A DNA stretch of 56,549 nucleotides from an uncultured delta proteobacterium (GCA_963733195.1 CAVTCR010000004.1:1-56549), one strand, 5' to 3'. Positions 10,297-20,331 are shown, counted from the stretch's first letter. Numbers and translations: made by a program. Notes: generated by a model from the sequence alone, not told the origin.

Positions 10297-11358
10297 TCAC
10301 TGTGCGTTTGTGACGAATCCGCCCTGCACAAGCAGTTGATCGTAGTAGCGTTCCAGCGCGCGGTCGGACCGTACCGACAGGAGCGATCGCAGCATAATGC
10401 CATAGACTTGGGTTCGCGCGATTTTGACTCGTGCCTGGGGATCAAGTAACCGTTGCGAGCGGCGTACCAATGCCAACGTCGAGATGCCAATGAGCAGCGG
10501 CCAGGCACACGCGAGCCGCAGGCGCCACTCTTGTCTGGGAATAGCCAACGTATAGGCCCATCCCTCACGATAATGACCAAGAGTGAGGTCGAGAAGTTCA
10601 TTCAGCAAGGGATGTACCTTTGCTACCATATCTGGGTCGAGGAGTTGTTGTGGTTGTACACCGAGCGCAGCCAGTTCTGTACGAGGCAGATAGCAACGTC
10701 CGAGGCGTACGTCTTGGGCAATGTCACGAAGAATGTTCGTGAGTTGCAATCCTTTACCAAAACGAATTCCTCGCGCTTCCATGAGAGTGGAGTCCCAGTG
10801 CTGCAACGACGGCACGTGGGCGACTGTCACACGGGTCCAAAACTCGCCAACACAACCCGCGACAAAGTAGGTGTATTGATCAAGATCCTCTCGCATTTCC
10901 AGTGCTTGTACGTGACCGTCATTTTCTCCGGGAAACATGGTCAGATCGAGCTGCATCCCCTGAGTTAGTGTCAGCACCAAGTTGCGGATGTGCTGTTGAT
11001 CGTTGGGCGGCAGCTCCGTGAGGAGGTGAAAGCACTCTGGCAAACGAACGAGAAGTTCTCGTTCCGAAGAGTTCTGCTGCTTTTCCGCTAAATTTTTTTG
11101 CAGCGTATCGATGACCGAGAGGCTTTGCCCGGCAAACACCGATCGATATTGCTCAAGATACGTCCGGCGCTGAGCACAAGGAAACAATGAAGTATCAGCT
11201 ATCGTATCCGCCGCCCGACAGAACAAATACGCGAGGCCGATGGTTGGCCGTACACGCTGCGGAAGTACCCGCAGACTCAGATAAAAGGAGCGACTCACGC
11301 GCGGGAGAATATGAGAAAGAAGTTGGGTGGAGATCTCAGCAGGCTGCATGGGCATCAA
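10297..11358 (-). CDS. Squalene/phytoene synthase family (farnesyl-diphosphate farnesyltransferase-like)
   Basis: VSRSF, YLFCRAADTIAD, YTYFVAGCVGEFWT, GKGLQLTNILRD, GRCYLP. Confidence 0.9.
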   Translation of the reverse strand: MMPMQPAEISTQLLSHILPRVSRSFYLSLRVLPQRVRPTIGLAYLFCRAADTIADTSLFPCAQRRTYLEQYRSVFAGQSLSVIDTLQKNLAEKQQNSSERELLVRLPECFHLLTELPPNDQQHIRNLVLTLTQGMQLDLTMFPGENDGHVQALEMREDLDQYTYFVAGCVGEFWTRVTVAHVPSLQHWDSTLMEARGIRFGKGLQLTNILRDIAQDVRLGRCYLPRTELAALGVQPQQLLDPDMVAKVHPLLNELLDLTLGHYREGWAYTLAIPRQEWRLRLACAWPLLIGISTLALVRRSQRLLDPQARVKIARTQVYGIMLRSLLSVRSDRALERYYDQLLVQGGFVTNAQ

Positions 11359-11487
11359 GAGATATGCTCCATGATTGGAGGCGTCAACGGGTGATTTGAT
11401 TAATCCGTTGCTAGTGTTCCGTCAGTTTGAACAGGAGGAGAACGCTCGCTCGCTCTAGCTCTCTCCGCAAAGGTCAGGGTGAGGGGG

Positions 11488-12310
11488 CTAGTAGCGCAAG
11501 CGATCAAGCAAGTCGGATTGACGCAATTGCTCTAACGCCAACCGACGCATGGAAAAGTGGTCTTTTTCTTCCGGGTTCATTTCCGCAAAAGTCCGCTCGC
11601 TACCAAGCGGTTGGAAAATCGCGTCCCAGCCGAACCCTTGAGCACCACGTGGAGACTCCACGACGATCCCCTCCACGCTTGCAGAAAAAACACGACAAAG
11701 GGTACCGTCATAATAGCCGAACATGGTGGTCGCCGTCGCTGTGCGGTTCATTTCCGCCTGCATGAGGCGACACAGCCCGTCGTTTCCCAGTGAAGAAAGA
11801 AACCACTTCACCAACGCGCCGGGTAATCCGTTCCACGCGGCGAACGCAAGTCCGGTATCTTCGACTAACACCGGTCCGTGGACTTGAGCGTAGGCGTGAC
11901 GAGCCTTATGGGCAACCACCGGCTCAAGTTCAATCGCCTGGATCTCTTCCAGTGATACAGTCGATCGAGCGAGCGGCCGCCCAAGCAAGCGCACGACTTC
12001 ACTGAGTTTATTTTCACTACTAGTGATAAACGTGAGCGGCAGCAATGTCACGCTCGCTGGGTGGCAGTTCCTCTTTGGAGATCTGCGACTGCCACTCGTC
12101 AATTCCCAACAAGTTGCCGATTTCGACCCGAGCCAGGGCAGGATCTTGTCCAAGACACGAAATTCGGTGATCTAACATTTCATCGACTAAGCGAAACGGG
12201 ACGGCTACTGCTCTACCTCTTCGCAAACCGAACCGGTACGCGCAGCTCCAAATGCCTATCCCGCTCAGCAGGGAAAGAGCAACACCAATTGCCAGTGCAT
12301 CCCACGGCAT
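11488..12310 (-). CDS. Ham1/ITPase non-canonical purine NTP pyrophosphatase, probably with an N-terminal transmembrane extension (frameshift near 12060)
   Basis: FITSSENKL, LEEIQ, VEDTGL, LPGALVKWF, GFGWD, SMR; upstream 96-aa ORF begins with a hydrophobic helix and overlaps in a shifted frame. Confidence 0.8.
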
Positions 12311-12358
12311 AAGAGTGACTCCTTTCTCCCCAAAACAATAGAGGGGGCTAGTCTTTCA

Positions 12359-12892
12359 TTAACTTTTCAACCAGTATCGCTGCCACTCAAGAAGGTGTGT
12401 CAGTGTCTCCAAGGAAGGCATTCGGTCAATATAGACCTTTCCTTGCAGATGGTCATATTCATGCTGAATTACCCTAGCATGGAAATCTACGGCAACGAAA
12501 TTCAGCGGCTGACCGTTGCGATCAAGCGCCTCCACTCGCAGCTCGCGACAACGCGGGGCAACGCCGCGCATCTCTGGAATACTGAGGCATCCTTCCCAAC
12601 CGTCGACAGTATCCTGTGTCAGCATCGTCACTCGCGGGTTGATCAGCACGGTGAGCGGCACCGAGGGTGCATCAGGATAGCGCGGCGGTTTGTTTACTTC
12701 GAGTACCGCCACCTGTTGTGAAACATGCACCTGCGGCGCGGCCAAACCAACACCGTCGTATTCGTGCATGGTCTCGATCATATCATCGATGAATTGCTGA
12801 AACTGCGGTTGAGCAATCGTGTCCAGAGCTATTACCTCAGCCACTCGTCGTAGCACCGGATGCCCTAAGCGAGCAACTTTGAGAATCGCCAT
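12359..12892 (-). CDS. def: Peptide deformylase
   Basis: GVGLAAPQV, EGCLS, QHEYDHLQG. Confidence 0.96.
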   Translation of the reverse strand: MAILKVARLGHPVLRRVAEVIALDTIAQPQFQQFIDDMIETMHEYDGVGLAAPQVHVSQQVAVLEVNKPPRYPDAPSVPLTVLINPRVTMLTQDTVDGWEGCLSIPEMRGVAPRCRELRVEALDRNGQPLNFVAVDFHARVIQHEYDHLQGKVYIDRMPSLETLTHLLEWQRYWLKS

Positions 12893-12926
12893 CGTTTCCT
12901 CCCCCACCTCTTCCCACTACCACGGG

Positions 12927-13559
12927 TTACTTCTGCCGACGAAGTTTCGTCGTCTCCTCACGCTGAAATGTATACACGCGATGACCCTGGCGATATTGCA
13001 GAACCAAACGGACAAGGTCATTGCGGTCGATAAGAAGACATCCCACACGTCGCGCAAAGCGTGCAGCCCCCCACGACACTGCACGATTCGTAAGTATCAT
13101 AGAGCCCTTGCAACCGTACAACTTCATCTGAGCAAGAATGCGAGAGATCTCTGTTTTATTCAATCGACGACGAGCACGCATCACGCGACAGGCAAGGCTC
13201 TCGTCTCCATACATGACGAGGAGGTTTCCTTGACTATCGTCTGGTTGCCCTGTTTTCAACACACCATAACCTTGGGTTCGCAAAAGATCAGCCGCAAAAC
13301 GGAGAAACTCATGGTCGGTCTGTGTCACAACATCCTGTAGCACTACTTCTCGCTCACGACGACACTGGAGAGCTTCGGCGAGCTGCCAAACCCCAAGTCC
13401 ACCACAAATCAGCACCAGCGCCAACAGCCAGTTGCCGTGAAGGGCCATCGTCGCAAAGATGAGCAATAGTACCCCTGCAACAGCTCGAAAGCTCAACGGA
13501 TACCGCTTCCGTAATCGTGGTTTCTCGACAATGCCTATGGAATGTGCGCGCCTCCGCAT
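12927..13559 (-). CDS. Membrane-anchored Mrr-like restriction endonuclease domain protein
   Basis: Two N-terminal TM helices, then EF...ADLLRTQGY, Y...MILTN, LLIDRNDL of the Mrr catalytic fold; catalytic residues degenerate. Confidence 0.7.
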   Translation of the reverse strand: MRRRAHSIGIVEKPRLRKRYPLSFRAVAGVLLLIFATMALHGNWLLALVLICGGLGVWQLAEALQCRREREVVLQDVVTQTDHEFLRFAADLLRTQGYGVLKTGQPDDSQGNLLVMYGDESLACRVMRARRRLNKTEISRILAQMKLYGCKGSMILTNRAVSWGAARFARRVGCLLIDRNDLVRLVLQYRQGHRVYTFQREETTKLRRQK

Positions 13560-13746
13560 AAAGGTGTCTCACGAAAAGGAGTACCCATTAAGTAAACTAT
13601 AAATTCTTGCTTTTGCAAACCTCTCTTGGCAAGAATCTTCAAAGTATGGAGCATACTCTCTAATGCTCATCACGAAAAACTCTCACAACCACATATCGAT
13701 GGCGAGATAGCGCAGTGCGCTAGGAAAATCAATAACACAGAATGAC

Positions 13747-14724
13747 CTAGAATCGTGTCGTCAGAATTACTCCGCCGATGACCATGGCGGTACCAGCAAC
13801 AATTTGCAACAAGGAGAAAGACAGTTGTCCACCGAGAACGACAGCTGAAGAACAATACAGGAACAGATGCATCGGCATCGAAACTCCGTGAAAATGGCGG
13901 CGCGGTGAAGGACTTGCGCTTTGGTGAGCAGCTTTCGAATACGCAACTGCGAGAGTGGAGAACAAGAGGCACAGAGCATAAATACATAATGGCGACCCCT
14001 CCAGCCAGAGACAATTGTTGTATTATCGCACGAGGGGATTCGAGAAAGAATAACGGGAACATAACAACACGGCTCCAGTCAGACAACGAACTTGCTGGTT
14101 GTGACAATCGCGGACCGCCGCGTAGAGCACCACGCAAGACGACGATACACAGTGTATGTTGCCAGTTCAGTTGACCGATGAGGATAATTAGCACGTCCCC
14201 AAGATTGAAACGAGCGTTGCAGGAGGATCGCTAGCACGACTCCTGATGAATGATCGTTACCAGACCCGACGAAAGACAGAAGCACCCCACAGACGTTAAT
14301 CACAGAAAATCGTTCTGACGCGAACATCCAATAGGATATTACGCGCGACCCGGTCATATTGGCGTTGAGGCAGAAATAATACCGGGCGTTGGAAATACGA
14401 GAGTCAGCCGTAAACCGAAATAAAAGAGTATGCCGGATGCCATCACTCCCTTCGTCACACAGCAAGGATCGGCGCTTCGCGAAGATCTTCACGCAGGTCC
14501 ACTGCCAAATTGGGCGTCGATTTGCGCGCGAGGCTAACCAATATCGCCGCACCAACGAGGGTAACAAGCAGCAGCGGCAGGACCTTGTCAGGGGAAGAAC
14601 GGACGTCTGGCCCCTAATTTGCTGGAGCGCAAGTTTCCCGACGGGATAACTTCCAGCCAAGATAAACGTCACAAAGAGTAAGAGAGGATACGCGCAAGGG
14701 AGGGAGAGAAAATTATCTGATCAT
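13747..14724 (-). pseudogene. EamA/DMT transporter, many frameshifts
   Basis: DMT-like fragments in several frames (YPLLLFVTFILAGSYPVGKLAL; SERFSVINVCGVLLSFVG; VVLGGQLS...IVAGTAMVIGGVIL); decay or poor sequence. Confidence 0.7.
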
Positions 14725-15196
14725 CGGGGATAGGTTAACGGGAGATATCGGTGTAATGACCTTTGTCAGCATATACCGATCATGATCAACGAATCCGATC
14801 TTGCGATACAAGCCATAGGCGTTGATATTTGCACGCTCGACTTCAAGGTGCAGTGCTCGAACACCTAAGGCACGACACTGTTCCTCTGCAAATGTAAGCG
14901 CTGCCGTTCCGATTCCTCTCCCGCGATAACTTGAACGAATGTACACCTCATCAATGAACGCATCACGACCACCATACTCCAAACTATAACCGAGAGTGAG
15001 TACGAGATACCCCACTGCTTTATCAACATGATGGATTACCCAGATACGTCCAAGAGAGTCATCGCTAACCATTTCTCTAAGCCGTACGAGCAACATCCTC
15101 ATCAAAGGCCAAATGATCGAACTCGTAATACTCGCGCATGAACTGGAGAAGAGTCGGGATGTCGGAGCGGATCGCAACGGTGAAAGTTGTTGCCAT
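14713..15196 (-). CDS. GNAT acetyltransferase (frameshift near 15080)
   Basis: MATTFTVAIRSDIPTLLQFMREYY joined to FIDEVYI...RGRGIG...LHLEV...N..A..LY..GF. Confidence 0.88.
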
Positions 15197-15300
15197 TAGC
15201 CATTTCTTCCTTTCTCCGTTTTTCCTTTTTTCACTCCCTTCAGCCTTCGGCCTATAGCCTTATTCTCCATTGATCATTCACTATTTTGTGAACATGCCTT

Positions 15301-15364
15301 CGCAGCCCAGATGCAATCCGGGAAGTGGAATTCCTGGATTCCGCTTCGCTTCATCCAGGCTACG
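15301..15364. repeat. GTAG-type REP doublet
   Basis: cgcagcccagatgcaatccggga ... tcctggattccgcttcgcttcatccaggctacg. Confidence 0.7.
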
Positions 15365-15464
15365 TCACTGGCAATGTACCACGGCGGGTCGTGGCTACAG
15401 GATGGAGAATTGTCACCTCAGCAATAGGAGCTGGAGGATTGAAACTCCGGTCATACGCAGGCAT
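15360..15464 (-). pseudogene. 5' fragment of a probable retropepsin-like protease, ending in the REP
   Basis: MPAYDRSFNPPAPIAEVTILHP...* starts 2 bp after the DUF5678-like stop; no DTG motif reached. Confidence 0.5.
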
Positions 15465-15466
15465 GG

Positions 15467-15742
15467 TCAGCGCGCTGTCTCTGGCGAAGGCAGTTCGTAT
15501 ACGGTTGGTTCTTTCTCAACCTTCGCAATATAGAACGGGACATCGCCGAATTGCTCGAACACCTCCCGGGCTAATTCCTCGTCATCTGGTCCGTGCCCAA
15601 CTACACGCCCCTGATAGAGCGCAACAAATTGCCCCTTATATCGTTGCAGGAGCTGGCGGTGTTGTTGCCGAAACGCGCGTTCTTCTTCTACAAAGGGGTT
15701 CACCAGGGATTCTTGGACTTGCCGAGCTTTGGATGTCGCCAT
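15467..15742 (-). CDS. DUF5678-like small protein
   Basis: EERAF...LLQRYKGQFVALYQGRVVGHGPDDEEL...FYIAKV. Confidence 0.75.
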   Translation of the reverse strand: MATSKARQVQESLVNPFVEEERAFRQQHRQLLQRYKGQFVALYQGRVVGHGPDDEELAREVFEQFGDVPFYIAKVEKEPTVYELPSPETAR

Positions 15743-15902
15743 GTATCCGTTCCTCACTGCTCCTCAATCTTCGTGTCTTCTGTAGACATAACGCTATGAG
15801 AACTTCTCTTCAAGGCTGTTCATCATCTCAGCTTTTTAAGGCCGGGCGACCTTCATGCGCCGCTTCGCGGCCACCTTCGCATCACAAAGTGATGCCGTGA
15901 CG

Positions 15903-15928
15903 GTAGCCGTGGGTTAAAACCCACGGCT
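15903..15928. repeat. GTAG-type REP hairpin downstream of rtcB
   Basis: gtagccgtgggttaaaacccacggct. Confidence 0.7.
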
Positions 15929-15948
15929 CTGTTCCAAAGAAAAGACTC

Positions 15949-17395
15949 TTACCCTTTGATAACCGCCAGGGGTTTGAGCTTCACTACCTTTTTACTAATC
16001 CCAGCCCGATCAACGACATCGACCACATCTGCAACATCCTTGTATGCATACGGCATCTCTTCAGCAAACGTTCCCTTTCCACGATAGCGGGCAATAACAC
16101 CGACTTTGCCAAGCTCCTGATCAAGGTCGCGTCCACGCGCAGCTTTCTTGGCTTGCGCGCGGCTCATCATGCGCCCTGCTCCATGGCACGTCGATCCAAA
16201 GGTCTCACGCATCGCTTTGTCGGTCCCAACCAGTAAGAACGAGTACCGACCCATGTCTCCAGGAATCAGCACCGGCTGGCCTAGTGGTCGCAGCGACGAA
16301 GGAATCGCTAGATGTCCTGGACCGAACGCACGTGTCGCACCTTTGCGATGCACCCATACTTTGCGTTTCACTCCATCAATCTCATGCGTCTCCGGTTTGG
16401 CAATGTTGTGGCACACGTCATAGATCAACCGCATGCCTAGCTCACGCGGTGAAATTTGCAATGTTTTGAGAAACGCGTCTTCGGCCAGACTCATCATTAC
16501 TTGGCGATTGACCCAGGCATAGTTCGCCGCACACGCCATCGCTGCGAGATATCTCTGCCCTTCTGGTGAGGAGATCGGAGCGCACGCAAGTTGTCGGTCA
16601 GGCACGGTGATGTGGTATTTTTCCATCGCCTTGCCCATCACTTTCAGCGCATCTTCACAGGTTTGGTGCCCCAACCCACGTGACCCGGAATGAATGATGA
16701 TCGCTATTTGCCCAACTGACAAGTCCTAACGCCGCAGCAACCTTCTCATCATAGATTTCCTCGATCCGATCGACTTCAAGAAAGTGGTTTCCAGACCCAA
16801 GCGTGCCAACTTGCGTAAGACCACGAGACAGGGCGTCATCCGTTAACGCCTCAGGATCGGCACCAGCAAGACAGCCATTCTCTTCGGTATACTCAATGTC
16901 TTCCGAGCGGCCATAGCCGCGTGCCACCGCCCAGCGCACCCCTTCGCTGGCAAGCTTCTTCTCCTCGGACTTGCTCAGTTTGGGAATCGCACCCTCAGCT
17001 CCGACACCACACGGAATCGACGCAAAGAGCGAGTCTGCCAGGGCTGGTAGTCTTTTTTGAATATCATGCTCGGAAAGCTTTGTAGCAACCAAACGGACGC
17101 CACAATTGATGTCGTAGCCTACGCCGCCAGGCGAAATCGCTCCTTCGTCTGCATCAACCGCCGCAACGCCGCCAATCGGGAAGCCATATCCCCAGTGAAT
17201 ATCCGGCATCGCCAACGAATAGCCCACAATCCCCGGCAGGTGCGCCACATTGGCGACTTGTTCCAGCGATGCATCTTTCTGGATATCGTTCATCATCTCG
17301 CGTGACGCATACACACGGCCAGGAACACGCATATTCCCGTGCTTAGGAATCTCCCATAAGTAATCTTGAATCTGTCGAATTTTGATTTCTGTCAT
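15949..17395 (-). CDS. rtcB: RNA-splicing ligase RtcB (frameshift near 16720)
   Basis: MPDIHWGYGFPIGGV, GVGYDINCGVR, GSGNHFLE, HSGSRG, YDVCHN, HRKGATRA, HGAGR, EEMPYAYK across two overlapping ORFs. Confidence 0.96.
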
Positions 17396-17401
17396 ACGTG
17401 T

Positions 17402-17824
17402 TCACACATCAAAGATCACCCGCGCTGTCCAATGGTCGTTTTCGTTCCTCACTGAAAGTTGGTGATACGTTACAGCTTTAATTTCTGTTTCAAAATCGTG
17501 TCGTTCGTAATCGAGCTTCTCACCGGTGAGGCGTGCATGCACATGCGTCGCGTCAATCTCAAGCACGGTAATCGTTACGGCGATAAAGCCGTCTTGTAAA
17601 AAACGATGAAGCAAGTGAGACAGCCACGTATGAAAAAGATTTTCCCACCCTTCCGCAGACACAGTGACTTCCCAGACATCACGTGCTTTGATGCCCTCCG
17701 GGCGCACCATTAATGAAAAGAGTGCCAGACCAGCGCACGAAAATAAATCCGCAGCAGAATCGGCTTCGACCTCGATCCCAAGGTCGGCGGTATGCTCGAT
17801 TTCACGAAAGAGTGGCTCTGCCAT
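17402..17824 (-). CDS. Archease
   Basis: EHTADLGI, EIKAVTYH, C-terminal FDV; directly upstream of rtcB. Confidence 0.95.
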   Translation of the reverse strand: MAEPLFREIEHTADLGIEVEADSAADLFSCAGLALFSLMVRPEGIKARDVWEVTVSAEGWENLFHTWLSHLLHRFLQDGFIAVTITVLEIDATHVHARLTGEKLDYERHDFETEIKAVTYHQLSVRNENDHWTARVIFDV

Positions 17825-17870
17825 CCTGGCATTATAGAACCGAGCCACCCTCAGGGGAATCTACGTGCGC

Positions 17871-18905
17871 TTAAAATTGCACATCGAATCCTTCGCGTTC
17901 TTGACTCTGTTCTTCAGTAAACGAACCACGCGCGCCAGTGTAAGAACCTACAGGATAGTACAGATACCCTTTGATACTGGTCCCTGGAGCGATACTCTGA
18001 TTGGCAAGCGCTTGCGCCGGGAATCCACCATTTTTCTCGGCCAGTGGTTTGACTCGTCCTCCTGCAGAGGACATCAACATAACCTGTTCAATGTCTAACT
18101 GGTACGACCGCTTGGTCCGATTGGCAATCTCGATGAGCACCGGTAGATATTTCTTACTTTCTGCGCCAAAAGCCATTTTCATCTCTGTTCCATTGAGTGG
18201 CTTCATCGCCACGTGGATCTGGTTATCTGACGCAGGTATCTTTTCTGCTGCTACCATGCCACGCTCGCCTTTGAAGATAGCGTAGAAGCCCTGATAAAAA
18301 TTCGAGATCGTGATGTAGAACTCTTTGTGCCGCGCCAGCGGGCCGTCCATCGAGGTCTCCATCGTGACATTCTGGGTGGGTTCACATGAGATCGTAATCA
18401 CTGCCGGTTTTTCTCCCTCTTGCGTACCTTTGACTATTCCCGGCTTACCGATGGCCGCTGGGGTAAATTCTGTCACCTTGAATCCTCGGCGTTCGATCGC
18501 CAACCGTGAGATACGATTGCCTTGTTCGCACGGCGGAACATCTGGGAACGCATTGATGCGCACCCCGTCAGATGCGCACGTCAGGGTAACCGTCACTGGT
18601 TCTTTCTCTCCCCAGAGGCCCATGCGCGAGGCCTTGAGTTCTCCATCTTTGCCGGCAGTCGCAGGGGTAAAGGTAGTTACCTTATATCCTAATCGCTCGA
18701 CCGTCTTTTTAGAGACGAAATGAGCCTGTTCACACGTCAGTAGCGACTCAACAACCGGATACGCCCACGCCGGCGGTGGAGGGGCTGATGAATTCGGCGG
18801 TTGCGGTATCGGGTCCTGAAGGGTCTCTTGTGCATAGCCACGATGTTGTGTCGTAGCCGCAAATATGCCCAGCAGAAATATCCCCAGCCAGGATGTGCTC
18901 TTCAT
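17871..18905 (-). CDS. Hypothetical secreted protein with an internal duplicated Cys-bounded domain (paralogue of 7374..8174)
   Basis: SD GGAGG; signal-like MKSTSWLGIFLLGIFAA; two CEQ...ER.G(Y/F)KVT.FTPA..GK.G...C repeats. Confidence 0.8.
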   Translation of the reverse strand: MKSTSWLGIFLLGIFAATTQHRGYAQETLQDPIPQPPNSSAPPPPAWAYPVVESLLTCEQAHFVSKKTVERLGYKVTTFTPATAGKDGELKASRMGLWGEKEPVTVTLTCASDGVRINAFPDVPPCEQGNRISRLAIERRGFKVTEFTPAAIGKPGIVKGTQEGEKPAVITISCEPTQNVTMETSMDGPLARHKEFYITISNFYQGFYAIFKGERGMVAAEKIPASDNQIHVAMKPLNGTEMKMAFGAESKKYLPVLIEIANRTKRSYQLDIEQVMLMSSAGGRVKPLAEKNGGFPAQALANQSIAPGTSIKGYLYYPVGSYTGARGSFTEEQSQEREGFDVQF

Positions 18906-18993
18906 GATGTCTTCCCCTCCTAGAGCATCGCGTTGGACTCTGTTGTTCACCTCCCGTGAAGATTTGTCAACTCGTCACGGAGCGTGTCGAGCG

Positions 18994-19515
18994 TTACTCA
19001 CTATCATACTGAATGAGCGAGAATACCTCACAGGGCGCAAGGCGCTGACGACCAGGAAGAAAAGTCAGCTCGATGATAAACGCCGCAGCGACTACGTCGC
19101 CGCGTAGTTGCTGCACTAACGCGATTGTTGCTTCGGCGGTTCCTCCCGTCGCTAATAAGTCATCCACAACGAGTACTCGGCTCCCAGGAGCGAACGCGTC
19201 TTGGTGGATTTCCAGGGTATCAGAGCCGTACTCCAGCGCGTAACTCGCGTTAAATTTCGCAGCCGGCAATTTACCCGGTTTGCGCACGACCGCAATTCCA
19301 CAGCCAAGCGCATAGGCCACCGCCGAACCGATAAGAAAACCGCGCGATTCAACCCCGAGGATAATATCGACGCGATTGCGATAGTGTTCTGCAATCTGGC
19401 CTACCGTGTCACGCCAAGCTGGACCATTAGCCAAGAGCGGAGTAATGTCGCGGAACATGATCCCAGCCTTGGGGAAGTTCGGAACATCACGAATGTATGT
19501 CTTCAGATCTTGCAT
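18994..19515 (-). CDS. apt: Adenine phosphoribosyltransferase
   Basis: FPKAGIMFRDITPLL, ESRGF, RKPGKLP, LEYG, VVDDLLATGGT. Confidence 0.97.
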   Translation of the reverse strand: MQDLKTYIRDVPNFPKAGIMFRDITPLLANGPAWRDTVGQIAEHYRNRVDIILGVESRGFLIGSAVAYALGCGIAVVRKPGKLPAAKFNASYALEYGSDTLEIHQDAFAPGSRVLVVDDLLATGGTAEATIALVQQLRGDVVAAAFIIELTFLPGRQRLAPCEVFSLIQYDSE

Positions 19516-19559
19516 GCGTTCTTCGTCTCCTAGTGAGTGTTTGCAAACTCATGGGAGTA

Positions 19560-19699
19560 TGTCATTGCCAGCCCTTCGACTCCACTGCGTTTCACTCACC
19601 TGTGCCTGCGGCACTGGCGCAGGCAGAATAAACTTCGCAAAGCAATCGTTGCCTGACCTAAGAGATTGCTTCGTCACCTGCAGCTCCTCGCAATGACAG
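19560..19699. repeat. Nested GTCATTGCGAG/CTCGCAATGAC palindromic element
   Basis: tgtcattgcc...aagcaatc...gagattgcttcgtc...ctcctcgcaatgaca, with internal cccttcgac...ataaact and cctg(t)gcc...caggcag units. Confidence 0.7.
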
Positions 19700-19725
19700 A
19701 AACCTGCCGGTTTGCAACTACGCTC

Positions 19726-20331
19726 TCAGCGATCTTGTCGCACTGTCCGTCGGTCCTCGGGAAGATAGCGGAGAGGATTCCGGGCCAGGTTATCTTTGCG
19801 AACTTCAAAATGCAAATGCGGCCCGGATGCGCGGCCAGTCTGCCCGACACGAGCAATGGCTTGTCCACCTCGAACAAACTCCCCTTCTTGCACAAGGTTT
19901 TTCTGGTTATGGGCGTAGACGGTCACAAAACCATCACGGTGACGGAGGATTACAAGATTGCCATAGCCACGGAGGGCACCGCTGTAGATCACTTTACCAC
20001 TTGCCGCTGCCAGGATCGGGGTTCCTAGAGGTGCGGCGATATCGAGGCCATCATGAGAACTGCCACCTCGTGGTCCGAATTTCGAGGTGATTTTTCCATC
20101 AACTGGCCATAACAAACTGCTCTTGCTGTCTCGAGGGGAGTTGCGGCCATCATCAGCGTAGTCACGCCGCTTGTTCTGCCCTTTTTGATTCGCACGTTTT
20201 TCCTTAGAGAGGGAAGTGGCTTTCTGAGAAGATCGCGGGCGCTTCTGCTGAGACGAGCAAGAAGCAATCGCCACACAGAGGCAAAGTAGAAAACCCAGCC
20301 GTACTCCTGTCCGCCACCATCCCACAACCAC
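19726..20331 (-). CDS. M23 metallopeptidase lipoprotein (NlpD-like, no LysM seen)
   Basis: IASC lipobox; WPVDG, HDGLD, YAHN, HLHFEVR. Confidence 0.9.
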   Translation of the reverse strand: MVVGWWRTGVRLGFLLCLCVAIASCSSQQKRPRSSQKATSLSKEKRANQKGQNKRRDYADDGRNSPRDSKSSLLWPVDGKITSKFGPRGGSSHDGLDIAAPLGTPILAAASGKVIYSGALRGYGNLVILRHRDGFVTVYAHNQKNLVQEGEFVRGGQAIARVGQTGRASGPHLHFEVRKDNLARNPLRYLPEDRRTVRQDR

